Shown here: piece after piece, positions 20,737 through 29,280 of the stretch
How positions within the stretch are numbered: the first letter of the stretch is position 1
Layout of the letters: the number at the start of each line of letters is the position of its first letter
Program-made: the position numbers and the translations under genes
Source: Candidatus Micrarchaeota archaeon
GTDB taxonomy: Archaea; Micrarchaeota; Micrarchaeia; Anstonellales; Bilamarchaeaceae
Reading direction: 5' to 3'
Assembly (NCBI GenBank): GCA_040758595.1
Contig: JBFLVJ010000002.1
Location: forward strand, 38,504 to 102,503
DNA: 64,000 bases
Notes under the pieces: generated by a model
What the model was told of the DNA's origin: nothing
Databases searched by the model: none
Seen by the model: only the letters and a program-made list of their open reading frames with translations

Positions 20737-20882
20737 TAGCCCCGAGCGGATTCGAACCGCTGTCAAGAGATGTCCCGGGCCCTTTGGTTTCCTCATGGTT
20801 TTCCCCGGGCGTTTGCCCGAAGAAAGGTTGAGGCCAAAAGGCCGCCAGAGTCTCCTATCCTTGACCGCTAGACGACGGGGCT
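20737..20882 (-). tRNA. tRNA-Gln(CTG) with 73-nt intron at 37/38 (20772-20844)
   Basis: AGCCCCG...GGAGA CTCTGG|A TCTCT TGAC AGCGG TTCGAAT CCGCT CGGGGCT A. Confidence 0.9.
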
Positions 20883-20954
20883 AGAAGTCGTGGAGTGAGT
20901 TTGCTCGGAAAAGAATAAAAACCAAATTAATTGTTTCCGCCCCTAATGGAATCC

Positions 20955-22328
20955 ATGAGAACCCTGTTTTTCGCCTTGGCCTTGCTCATGCTCCTAGGAT
21001 GCGCACAGAAAGCGCCCGAGACCCCCGCCGTTCCGCTGGAGCACAACCGCGGCCAGATCTCCTTCCAATACCCTGACTGGCCGGCGGCGGACAACGCGGA
21101 CCAGAATTTCCTCGTGAGGAACAACGGCACCTGCGTCTTCGCGGCCGCGGAATACCCGGCGGCATCCCCCATGCTCAAGGATGTCCTCGAATCAGAGCTC
21201 CATTCCTCCTTCCAGGGGGAGTACCTGGATTTCGATATGAGCACCGGAGGGCAGGAGTTCGATGCCCGCACGAGGATGGTCTACTGCGACTACAAGACAT
21301 ATACGTTCACCATCGCCTGCATCGGCGAGCTGCAGGAAGAGCGGCTTCTGGAGTCGGTCAGATGCGCACCAAGACAGCTCGATCTCAAGAAGAAGCTGGG
21401 TCTTATCCCAATCCCCCCGAACCAGGATCCTGCGCTGCTTGCGCAGACCTTCCGCCAGGCCAGGGCGGATGGCGCCGAGGTCCTCTATTGGTACCTCCCC
21501 TACCGTGATGTCGCCGATAACTGGACGCTTCCAGACTATGTGATGGAGCCCATGTCATATGAGGGCAAGAGCGCTGTCGTGATAGAGGTCATCCACACCA
21601 ACGTGCTCGCTGAATATCCCAAACGATATTCGTCATTCACCGATGAGGGCTTCAGCGAAGAGTTCTCCGCCAGGGCCGCAGAATTCGCTGAGCGCTACGA
21701 CCCTGATTACCTTTTCGTGGGGAACGAGGTGGACGATTATCTCTGGGAGCGCAGGGAGCTGATACCGGAATTCAAGGACCTGTTGGAGCAGACACGGATC
21801 AAGGTCCATGCGGCCAATCCGCGGACCAAGGTCGGCTTCACAGTCACCTATCACGATACCCTCACCCACAACGCCACCGACATCACCAAGACGCTCGCAG
21901 AAGAAGCCGATATCATCGGATATACTGATTACGGATACCGCGGCCTCTTTCGCTTCGACAATGTCTCAAGAGGGCTTGAATATCTGGGGAGACCCGCGGA
22001 TGTAGTGCCGGGCAAACCATTTGCCATCGTGGAGGCCGGCTGGAGCTCATCTCCGCTTCTTGGGTCCAGCGAAGCTCTCCAGGAGGAATACGCAGAGGGC
22101 TTCTTCGCCTATCTGGAAGACACCGATGCGGAGTTCGTCAACTGGTTCGCCCTGCATGACGGGGTGGACTGCTCGGATGCCGCCGACAGCTTCCTGAAGG
22201 ACCTGCCCCAGGTCAAGGAAGACGAATCGTTCATGGAGGTCTTCAAGGAATTCCTCTGCTCGTTGGGCATCAAGCACAGCGACGGCACTCCGAAAAAGGC
22301 GTGGTCGGTCTGGCAGGAGAACACCTGA
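20955..22328 (+). CDS. Lipoprotein with clan GH-A-like glycoside hydrolase barrel
   Basis: Lipobox LLGC; YLFVGNEVD (acid/base) and FAIVEAGWSS (nucleophile) motifs. Confidence 0.7.
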   Translation: MRTLFFALALLMLLGCAQKAPETPAVPLEHNRGQISFQYPDWPAADNADQNFLVRNNGTCVFAAAEYPAASPMLKDVLESELHSSFQGEYLDFDMSTGGQEFDARTRMVYCDYKTYTFTIACIGELQEERLLESVRCAPRQLDLKKKLGLIPIPPNQDPALLAQTFRQARADGAEVLYWYLPYRDVADNWTLPDYVMEPMSYEGKSAVVIEVIHTNVLAEYPKRYSSFTDEGFSEEFSARAAEFAERYDPDYLFVGNEVDDYLWERRELIPEFKDLLEQTRIKVHAANPRTKVGFTVTYHDTLTHNATDITKTLAEEADIIGYTDYGYRGLFRFDNVSRGLEYLGRPADVVPGKPFAIVEAGWSSSPLLGSSEALQEEYAEGFFAYLEDTDAEFVNWFALHDGVDCSDAADSFLKDLPQVKEDESFMEVFKEFLCSLGIKHSDGTPKKAWSVWQENT

Positions 22329-22388
22329 GGTTACAAGCATTTTAATACTGTTTCATCCACATATCAGTCCTCATCGACAGGTGCAGCC

Positions 22389-23225
22389 ATGCTCACGATA
22401 GCCATCCCCAACAAAGGCCGGGTCCAGCAGCCCGTGCTGCAGATGCTGGAGCAGATAGGCATCAAGGTCGATGTCAACGGAGGCAGGGGCCTGCTCATCC
22501 CGAGCTCGAAACGCAACGTCCGCGCCCTCCTCGCGCGCTCCATGGACATCCCGCTGATGGTGGAAAGAAGGGCTGCCGACATCGGATTCACCGGGGAGGA
22601 TGCGGTAGCCGAGCGCGGCTCCAGGGTCGAATGCGTCCTTCCGCTGGATTTCGGCAGATGCAAGGTCGTGCTCGCGGCACCCCGTCCGGTTTCGGTCCCG
22701 AAGAGCATCGCCACGACCCTCCCCAACGTCACGAAGGCGTTCTGCAGGCGCGAGGGGCTCAGAGCGGACATAATAACCCTCCAGGGAGCGCTCGAATCCG
22801 CCCCGAAGCTCGGCATCGCAGAGGCGATCGTCGACCAGATGGAGACCGGCACCACCCTCAAGGAGAACCGCCTCCGCGTCCTGGAAGTGATAATGGAATC
22901 GAGGATGACGATAATCGCCAACGGCATCTCGCTCGCGGAGAAAAAAGGGCAGATAGACGAGATCGCGCTATCCGCAGGCGGACTCATGGCGGCCCGGCAG
23001 AGGGTCGTCCTGAAGGTGAATGCCGGCAGCGAGAGGGTCCGGGATGCCCTGCTAAAACTCATCCCCGCGATGAAGAGCCCTGATGTGGCGCCTCTGGCAG
23101 AGCCTGGCGCGTATTCGCTTCTCGCAGCGGTCCCGAGGAAAGGGCTTGAGCGCCTCATCGTCCGCATCAAAGCCGCCGGCGGGACCGACATCCTTGTGGA
23201 GAAACCACAGTTCATCATCCCATGA
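22389..23225 (+). CDS. hisG: ATP phosphoribosyltransferase (long form)
   Basis: IAIPNKGR, DIGFTGED, AIVD..ETGTTLKEN, C-terminal ACT-like domain. Confidence 0.92.
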   Translation: MLTIAIPNKGRVQQPVLQMLEQIGIKVDVNGGRGLLIPSSKRNVRALLARSMDIPLMVERRAADIGFTGEDAVAERGSRVECVLPLDFGRCKVVLAAPRPVSVPKSIATTLPNVTKAFCRREGLRADIITLQGALESAPKLGIAEAIVDQMETGTTLKENRLRVLEVIMESRMTIIANGISLAEKKGQIDEIALSAGGLMAARQRVVLKVNAGSERVRDALLKLIPAMKSPDVAPLAEPGAYSLLAAVPRKGLERLIVRIKAAGGTDILVEKPQFIIP

Positions 23226-23392
23226 CAGCAACCATTAAGTAGTGGGGAATCTCCCGGACACTTCCTGTTACAAACCTTTAAATAGTGGGAAATTCGAGAT
23301 TGTCATGTACAAAAGGTGAACATGATGGTGAACCAGGAAAAGGGTGTCCTTCACAGGAAGGGATCTTCTTCATCTTCAAAAGGCGCGGCCTT

Positions 23393-23620
23393 TTGGAGAG
23401 ACAGAAATCGGTAGATTTCTGGATACGCCTTGATCGCAAGGCGCGTCTAGTCTTGCCGCTGGAAATCCGTGAGTCGCTCGCTCTCAAGAGCGGGGAAAAA
23501 ATCCTGCTCAGCGTCAGCGCTGTCGGAGACGGAAAGGTTACTATGGTCGTAGCGAAAGCTGGCGGCAAGGACTCCGGCGTGAAATGCTCAAGGAACTGCG
23601 CGTATAAGGAAGGTGTATGA
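23393..23620 (+). CDS. AbrB/MazE/SpoVT-like DNA-binding protein (start uncertain)
   Basis: IRLDRKARLVLPLEIRESLALKSGEKILL swapped-hairpin motif. The frame is open from 23285; TTG at 23393 is proposed as start. Confidence 0.7.
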   Translation: MERQKSVDFWIRLDRKARLVLPLEIRESLALKSGEKILLSVSAVGDGKVTMVVAKAGGKDSGVKCSRNCAYKEGV

Positions 23621-24551
23621 GATGAGATTGCTGCGCGCCGTGACTCCGGAATACAAAAACAGATTCGTGCAGGGTAAGACGATAGTCTACATGTTTCTGC
23701 CAGAGGTTGAGCCGCCATGCAACCGCCGCTGCACCGGCTGCTACGTGCTGGCTTCGGAGTCATACCCAAAAAGAATCAGGCGTAGTGAAGAGCGGATAAT
23801 AGCCGACCTTAAGGGCCTTATCGCTTCGGGCTATTCGGTCATACCGTCCACAACAGAAATACTCCTGGGTGAGAGATATCTGGAAATGCTGGGCGCGGTT
23901 GGAACGACCTATGTACTGACCAACGGCAGACTGATTGTTTCAAAGCCAGGCACATTGGAAGAGCTGAAGAGCATCGGGATAAGGCAGGTAGTCCTTACCG
24001 CGAATTTCGGGAACAGCGGGCTTATCCTGCCGGACCAGGACACTTTCGTAGAAGCGGCAGGACTGGCAATCGGTGCAGGGCTTGGCGTCATGGCCCGGAT
24101 AACATTGACTAAGGGAAATTATCAAAGCATAGCGGAAATGGTTGACGCTTGCAAGCAATTTGGCATAAGGTGCATCCAATTCCTCAGGTTTATGCCTATC
24201 GAAAGCGGGCCTGCAACACTTGACGAAGGTGATGCGAAAGAGTTTTTCAGGCTGCTGGCATTTGCGAGGGAAGCCAACCCTGATGTTTATATCTCCGCAG
24301 GCGGCTCGCTGGGCAGCCAGTTCAGAGGAAAAGAATTCGTCTGCTCTGCGGGCAGGACGCAGTTCACAATCGGCCTTGACAATAGGATTTACCCCTGCAT
24401 ATACCTTACGCAGGATGAGAACGCGATAGGGAGATACGAAAATGGCGAGGTTGTGATAGAAAGGGAGTTTGCGATCGGCGGGAATGAGCTAGACTGCCCG
24501 GCCTATCGCTACTTCGTTTCACGCTCCAAGAATGGAGAAAAACGAATATGA
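23613..24551 (+). CDS. Radical SAM enzyme with SPASM/twitch-like C-terminus
   Basis: CNRRCTGC (CxxxCxxC), LTNG, CSAGRTQFTIGLDNRIYPC and a later C in LDCPAY. Confidence 0.9.
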   Translation: MYEMRLLRAVTPEYKNRFVQGKTIVYMFLPEVEPPCNRRCTGCYVLASESYPKRIRRSEERIIADLKGLIASGYSVIPSTTEILLGERYLEMLGAVGTTYVLTNGRLIVSKPGTLEELKSIGIRQVVLTANFGNSGLILPDQDTFVEAAGLAIGAGLGVMARITLTKGNYQSIAEMVDACKQFGIRCIQFLRFMPIESGPATLDEGDAKEFFRLLAFAREANPDVYISAGGSLGSQFRGKEFVCSAGRTQFTIGLDNRIYPCIYLTQDENAIGRYENGEVVIEREFAIGGNELDCPAYRYFVSRSKNGEKRI

Positions 24552-24561
24552 GGTGAACAAT

Positions 24562-25110
24562 ATGGATGAAATGAGAGGGGTTGTTGGTGAAAATGTAAGG
24601 GGTCTCCTTCACACTCCCAGGGTTCGCGGCAATCGGGAACGGCGATCCGTTCCCGGTGCGTCTTGAACGGCACGCCGTTCAAAACGAAGCCCAGGTCTTC
24701 AGACCTTGGAGGAAGCGAACCCGAAACCTCAGTCAAACCGGTGGCACACGGCTTCTCGCCTTCCGCGCTCCAGCCAGAAGCCCAGGGCTTTCTAGCGAAC
24801 GGCAATCCGTTCGCTGGAATCCAGGGAGCGGCGCTCCCTAGATCAGCCCTGGGAGTGTGTCACTGGCAGAACACTCAAGCAAGGGTTTGCGGAAGTCTTG
24901 GATGTTGGTTCCAGCCCACCCCCGCTCGCAGGCAGATCCGTCGAGGACATGCCCGGTTATCCATCCGCCCCCGATGTCAATGCGGCCATCTTCCTCGAAG
25001 TATCCGAATTCGCAGCCGAAGAACTCCGTAAGAAGAGTTCAACATCGACCGATAAGACCGGATGTGTGGCCTGCCGTATGTATGATCTGATAACGGATAT
25101 CTTCATATGA
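24562..25110 (+). pseudogene. Small protein gene (~99 aa when reconstituted) interrupted by a ~250-nt insertion
   Basis: GAGGTGA then ATG at 24562 (MDEMRGVVGENVRGLLH). The same frame resumes after the insertion (TGRTLKQGFAEVLDVG...GCVACRMYDLITDIFI*) with coding-like codon bias. Confidence 0.55.
24610..24863. mobile_element. Non-autonomous palindromic element with IS200/IS605-like end motifs
   Basis: 13-bp inverted termini CACACTCCCAGGG/CCCTGGGAGTGTG; GAAGCCCAGGGCTT...AGCCCTGGGAGTGTGTCAC right-end-like motif; several internal hairpins; no transposase or TnpB ORF. Confidence 0.65.
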
Positions 25111-25161
25111 CGGCCCCCTCTTTTCTTTTTTAATATATCAGGCTATACGCTATGTGATACC

Positions 25162-26391
25162 ATGAAGCTCACACCAAAAGGCATGCGGGACATCGGGCCC
25201 GAGGACATGTTCATCCGCGAGGAGGCCATGGAGAAGATAAGGCGGATTTTCCGCTCCTACGGATACCGGCCCCTCGAGACCCCTGCGATGGAATATCTCG
25301 ACACCCTGAGGGCCAAGGCAGGCCAGGAAGTGGACAAGCAGATTTTCGTCATCGACGGCGGGGAGTACGGTCTCAGATTCGACCTCACGGTCCCGCTCGC
25401 CAGGTACGCATCATCGACGGATTCCCCGAAGCCGTTCAAGCGCTACGCCATAGACGTGGTCTGGCGGAGGGAGGAGCCCCAGAGGGGGCGGTTCCGCGAG
25501 TTCTACCAAGCGGACGTTGACATCATCGGAAGCCCGTCCATGCGCTGCGAGGCCGAGCTGCTCACGCTCGCCCGGGACGTCTGCCTCGCCTTCGGGTTCG
25601 ACAAGCCGAAGATCATGATCAACAACCGCAAGATACTCGACGGCATCGCAGAGAAGCTCGACATCAAGGAGGACCTGAAGCAGGAGCTCTTCCGCATACT
25701 GGACAAATTGGACAAGATAGGCGAGAAGGAAGTGGAGAAGCTCCTCACCGAGATGTTCGGCAAGGCCAAGGCAGAGAAGGTGCTCAAGATAATCAGGGCG
25801 AAAGGCGATAATGAGAAGAAGCTCGCGCTCGCCGAACAATACAGCAAGGAAGGCGCGGAAGAGATAAGGCGGATACTGTCCATGTGCGAGTTCCCCATCG
25901 AGTTCGACCTGTTCCTGGCAAGGGGGCTCGGCTATTACACCGGTCCGGTATTCGAGATAAAGCTGAGCGAGGGCATCGGCACCGTCCTCGCAGGAGGGCG
26001 CTACGACGACCTACTTGGCATATACGGCCAGGCATCGCCAGCGGTCGGCATATCAGTCGGCATAGAGAGGCTCGTAACACTCATCGCGGAGAAGAAGAGA
26101 TCCGCCAAGAGGTCGGATTCCAAGGTCCTCGTCGCATCTGTCAAGCCTGAGTTCTATGGCGCGGCGATGAAAGCGGCCGCGGCCTTCCGGAAAGCCGGCA
26201 TCGCGTGCGAGACCGACCTCAACGAGCGGAACGTGCGGAAGCAGTTCGATTACGCCAACGCGCTCTCCATCCCGTTCGTGGCGGTCATCGGTGAGCGGGA
26301 GGCCGAGGCGGGGACGATCACCCTGAAAGACATGGAATCAGGCAAGGAAGAGACCCTGCCTCTGGCAGATGCCATCAAGAGGGTGGGCTAG
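25162..26391 (+). CDS. hisS: Histidyl-tRNA synthetase
   Basis: PKGMRD, LRFDLTVPLARY, GRFREFYQAD, RGLGYYTG, GGRYD. Confidence 0.97.
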   Translation: MKLTPKGMRDIGPEDMFIREEAMEKIRRIFRSYGYRPLETPAMEYLDTLRAKAGQEVDKQIFVIDGGEYGLRFDLTVPLARYASSTDSPKPFKRYAIDVVWRREEPQRGRFREFYQADVDIIGSPSMRCEAELLTLARDVCLAFGFDKPKIMINNRKILDGIAEKLDIKEDLKQELFRILDKLDKIGEKEVEKLLTEMFGKAKAEKVLKIIRAKGDNEKKLALAEQYSKEGAEEIRRILSMCEFPIEFDLFLARGLGYYTGPVFEIKLSEGIGTVLAGGRYDDLLGIYGQASPAVGISVGIERLVTLIAEKKRSAKRSDSKVLVASVKPEFYGAAMKAAAAFRKAGIACETDLNERNVRKQFDYANALSIPFVAVIGEREAEAGTITLKDMESGKEETLPLADAIKRVG

Positions 26392-26393
26392 GC

Positions 26394-26906
26394 GTGCTCA
26401 GGATACCGCTATTCATAATCAAGGACAAGCAGGCGTTCACCCGTCAGTCCGGCTCGCTCCGTCTGGCCGGAAAACCCATAGACATCGCCAAGGAGCTCAA
26501 AGACCGCGGCACCAAACTGATGCACATAGTGGATTCGGACGCCCTCAATGGCATGCCCACCAACCTCGACGTATATGACAACCTGACATTCGTCATGAAC
26601 ATCCAGGTCGAGTGCGCACCGAAGGAAGCCATCGTAAAGAAGCTCCTTTCGCTCAAATGCCGGGTGGTCCTCCCTCCAAGCTTCGACACCTCTTCGCTCA
26701 AGGAGAAGAAGCTGCTGGTGGCGAAGATACCTGATGGGTATGGTGGCGATGCGGCTGGGTTCCACGATGTGTTGCTGGAGAAGGCCGACGATGAGGCCGT
26801 GAAGCGGTTCGCCGGACTCGGGAAGAGGGTGATGGCCTTCGAGGACGATTACGCAAAACTCGAAACCCAAAACCGGAAACTCGTCTGGGGCATCATCTCT
26901 TCTTGA
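26394..26906 (+). CDS. Shortened HisA/HisF-like barrel protein
   Basis: KPIDIAKEL..RG.KLMHIVDSDA...N...IQVE resembles the HisA N-terminal half; only 170 aa. Confidence 0.55.
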   Translation: MLRIPLFIIKDKQAFTRQSGSLRLAGKPIDIAKELKDRGTKLMHIVDSDALNGMPTNLDVYDNLTFVMNIQVECAPKEAIVKKLLSLKCRVVLPPSFDTSSLKEKKLLVAKIPDGYGGDAAGFHDVLLEKADDEAVKRFAGLGKRVMAFEDDYAKLETQNRKLVWGIISS

Positions 26907-27777
26907 GCCTTTTCTTGGCCTCTTCCAGCTTGGCGGCCAGGGCGGGCGACATCTTCGCCGGAGGGAGCGCCGTCTTCTGAAGCGTCTTCTTTTGCGGAGC
27001 GGCCGCTTTTGGCGGCGCTCTCGCGGCGGGCTTGCTAGGGGGCAGCGCGCCAAGAGCGCTCTTGGCGGGTTTGCCATCGCCGCTCAGTATCTTGAAACCG
27101 TCGTTGTCGAGAGTGGCCCGGTAAGCTTTCGATGAGTGCTCCACCCCCTTCATCTTGATGACTTCGGCATATCTCCAGCGTGTCATCGTCTCCTCGTCGT
27201 ACTTGAAGAAGAGGTTTATCCAACCGTCGCTGAAGCTCTCGATGCCGTATTGCGAGCTCGGGCTCATCCCGGCATGGCCCATCTTCGTGTCCTCAGACAC
27301 TATCATGGTGGTCGTGCCCCACCTCCTCAAATTGTCGATGAATTTCAGGAACCCGGTCTTCCTCTCGTCCTCTCCCTTGAAGAATAGCGCTATCGGCATG
27401 ATGGAGTCTATCACCACCCGCCTGGCTCCGGTGCTGTTGATTATCTCCTGGATCGCGCTGGACTGCTCCACTATCTGGTCCACCTCATGGATGGGGTAAT
27501 CGAGCAGGATGAATTTGCGGTCCCTCTCCACGGCAGGGAAATCCCAATTGTACCCGCTCATGTGGAAGAAGAAGTCCTTCTTGCTCTCTTCTATGGATAT
27601 GTACAGGCCTGGCTCTTCCGACTCCACTATGCCATTGTATATGAATTGCGCTGCGAATGTGCTCTTTCCGGATCCGGTGGGCCCGCTCAAGGTTATGACA
27701 GAACCCTCGAGCAATCCGCCTCCCAGGATATCATCCAATCCAGGTATGCCGCTCTTGACGAAGCGTCTTTCCATCAT
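26893..27777 (-). CDS. KaiC/RAD55-like ATPase with Pro/Lys-rich tail
   Basis: SGIPGLD, GPTGSGKS, RVVIDS, KMKG. Confidence 0.88.
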   Translation of the reverse strand: MMERRFVKSGIPGLDDILGGGLLEGSVITLSGPTGSGKSTFAAQFIYNGIVESEEPGLYISIEESKKDFFFHMSGYNWDFPAVERDRKFILLDYPIHEVDQIVEQSSAIQEIINSTGARRVVIDSIMPIALFFKGEDERKTGFLKFIDNLRRWGTTTMIVSEDTKMGHAGMSPSSQYGIESFSDGWINLFFKYDEETMTRWRYAEVIKMKGVEHSSKAYRATLDNDGFKILSGDGKPAKSALGALPPSKPAARAPPKAAAPQKKTLQKTALPPAKMSPALAAKLEEAKKRLKKR

Positions 27778-27831
27778 GTCACCTGAACGTGCTTCTCCTG
27801 CACCATTGTTAAAAGTTCGCACTCGCGAAAG

Positions 27832-28320
27832 TCACCCCTCCTTCTTGAGGAGCTTCTTACCCATCTCGGCCCTCTTCTTGAGGTTCTCCTGGAGCTGCAG
27901 GACCTCTTCTGGGGTGGAGACCTTGGTCAGTATATAGCGTTTGTATTCGGCGGTGGTCGCCGCCATGACGCTGAGCAGCTCGTGGGCGACGCTGAGCGGG
28001 AGCCTCACCTCATCCGGGCGCAGTATCTCCACGGTGTAGGGGCTGTGGGCCATGCAGATCCCCGCGAGCACCGCGAAATCCTTGGCGAGTATCTTGACCG
28101 AGATGGAAGTGGACCAGTTCTTTCCTTCCCCTCCTCCTGCCGGAGCGTCTATCTCCCCCAGGGCATAGACAACACCCTGCTTCTGTATGAGCGTGTTCAC
28201 GAATCCCGTGGCTATCTCTTTGACCAGATCTTCGCTCTTGGCATGCACATCGAAGTAAAGCATGGCTAGGACGCCGCCGTCATCTACGGTCTTCTTGGTT
28301 AGTTTCTCAACGTCTCCCAT
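27832..28320 (-). CDS. Hypothetical protein
   Basis: Clean ORF with host-like codon usage. Confidence 0.7.
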   Translation of the reverse strand: MGDVEKLTKKTVDDGGVLAMLYFDVHAKSEDLVKEIATGFVNTLIQKQGVVYALGEIDAPAGGGEGKNWSTSISVKILAKDFAVLAGICMAHSPYTVEILRPDEVRLPLSVAHELLSVMAATTAEYKRYILTKVSTPEEVLQLQENLKKRAEMGKKLLKKEG

Positions 28321-28398
28321 CAGTGATCCCTTCAGGATTTCTATCGTATGTGATGCTTTTTAATACCCTCGAAGCAACTCCTAAGAAGGTGCTACTTT

Positions 28399-29280
28399 AT
28401 GAAGGGACAAAGACCGTTCAGAGGCAATCCTAGAGAAGGAGGCCGTGAAGGCCGCGGAGACAAGAGAGCGAGGTTCATCAGGAAATCCAGGGAGACCGTC
28501 ACAGAGGCCCTCAAGAGCCGCGACATGCTCCTTGCCAGCGTCGCCAAATCCATAGACGATCTGGACAAGACCATAAACCTGCTCGGGGAGCGCTTCGAGG
28601 ATTGGTATGGCATCTATTTCCCTGAGCTCAAGGCCGAGACCAAGCTCCAATACTGCAGCGCCGCCCTGATAATCGACAGGGAGAACCTGGACGAGAAGGA
28701 GCTCGCGTCCATCCTGGGTCAGAAGAAAGCGTCCGAGCTGGCAGCCGCCGCGAAGAGCAGCCTGGGCGTCAAGCTTTCGCCCAAAGACCATTCTGAATGC
28801 CTGTCCATGGCCAGAGCCATACTCTCGCTCGAGAAGCAGAGGAAGGATTTCGAGGCTTATCAGAAAGAGCTGGCAGAGGAGCTATGCCCTAACCTGACCG
28901 AAGTGGGCGGACCTGATATCGCGGCCAAGCTCGTGGCCCACGTGGGCTCGCTAAGAAGGCTATCGCTCATGCCGGCAAGCGCGCTCCAGGTGCTCGGCGC
29001 CGAGAAAGCGCTCTTCAAGCACCTCAAGAACAAGCGCATCCCGCCGCCCAAGCACGGCATAATCTTCCAGCATGCCAAGATATCAGCTTCGCCCAAATCC
29101 GTCCGCGGCAAAATCGCCCGCGCATTGGCCAACCAGCTCTCGCTGGCAGCAAGAGCCGATGCGTTCGGCAAGAGAAGGATCGGGCCGGATCTGAAGAAGA
29201 AGTTCGAGGAGCGTTTCGAGCAGATAATGGCGGAATGGGAGGCGGCCAAGAAGAAACAGGCACCCGCACCCGGCCAATGA
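28399..29280 (+). CDS. nop5: Nop5 (Nop56/58) box C/D sRNP protein
   Basis: WYGIYFPEL, PASALQVLGAEKALF, PKHGIIFQH, RGKIARALA. Confidence 0.93.
   Translation: MKGQRPFRGNPREGGREGRGDKRARFIRKSRETVTEALKSRDMLLASVAKSIDDLDKTINLLGERFEDWYGIYFPELKAETKLQYCSAALIIDRENLDEKELASILGQKKASELAAAAKSSLGVKLSPKDHSECLSMARAILSLEKQRKDFEAYQKELAEELCPNLTEVGGPDIAAKLVAHVGSLRRLSLMPASALQVLGAEKALFKHLKNKRIPPPKHGIIFQHAKISASPKSVRGKIARALANQLSLAARADAFGKRRIGPDLKKKFEERFEQIMAEWEAAKKKQAPAPGQ

Noticed and set aside
24610..24863. SRP RNA, RNase P RNA or a BHB-type mRNA intron
   Set aside because: No SRP helix-8 motif or RNase P GAGGAAAGUCC seen, and I could not build a bulge-helix-bulge at the junctions.
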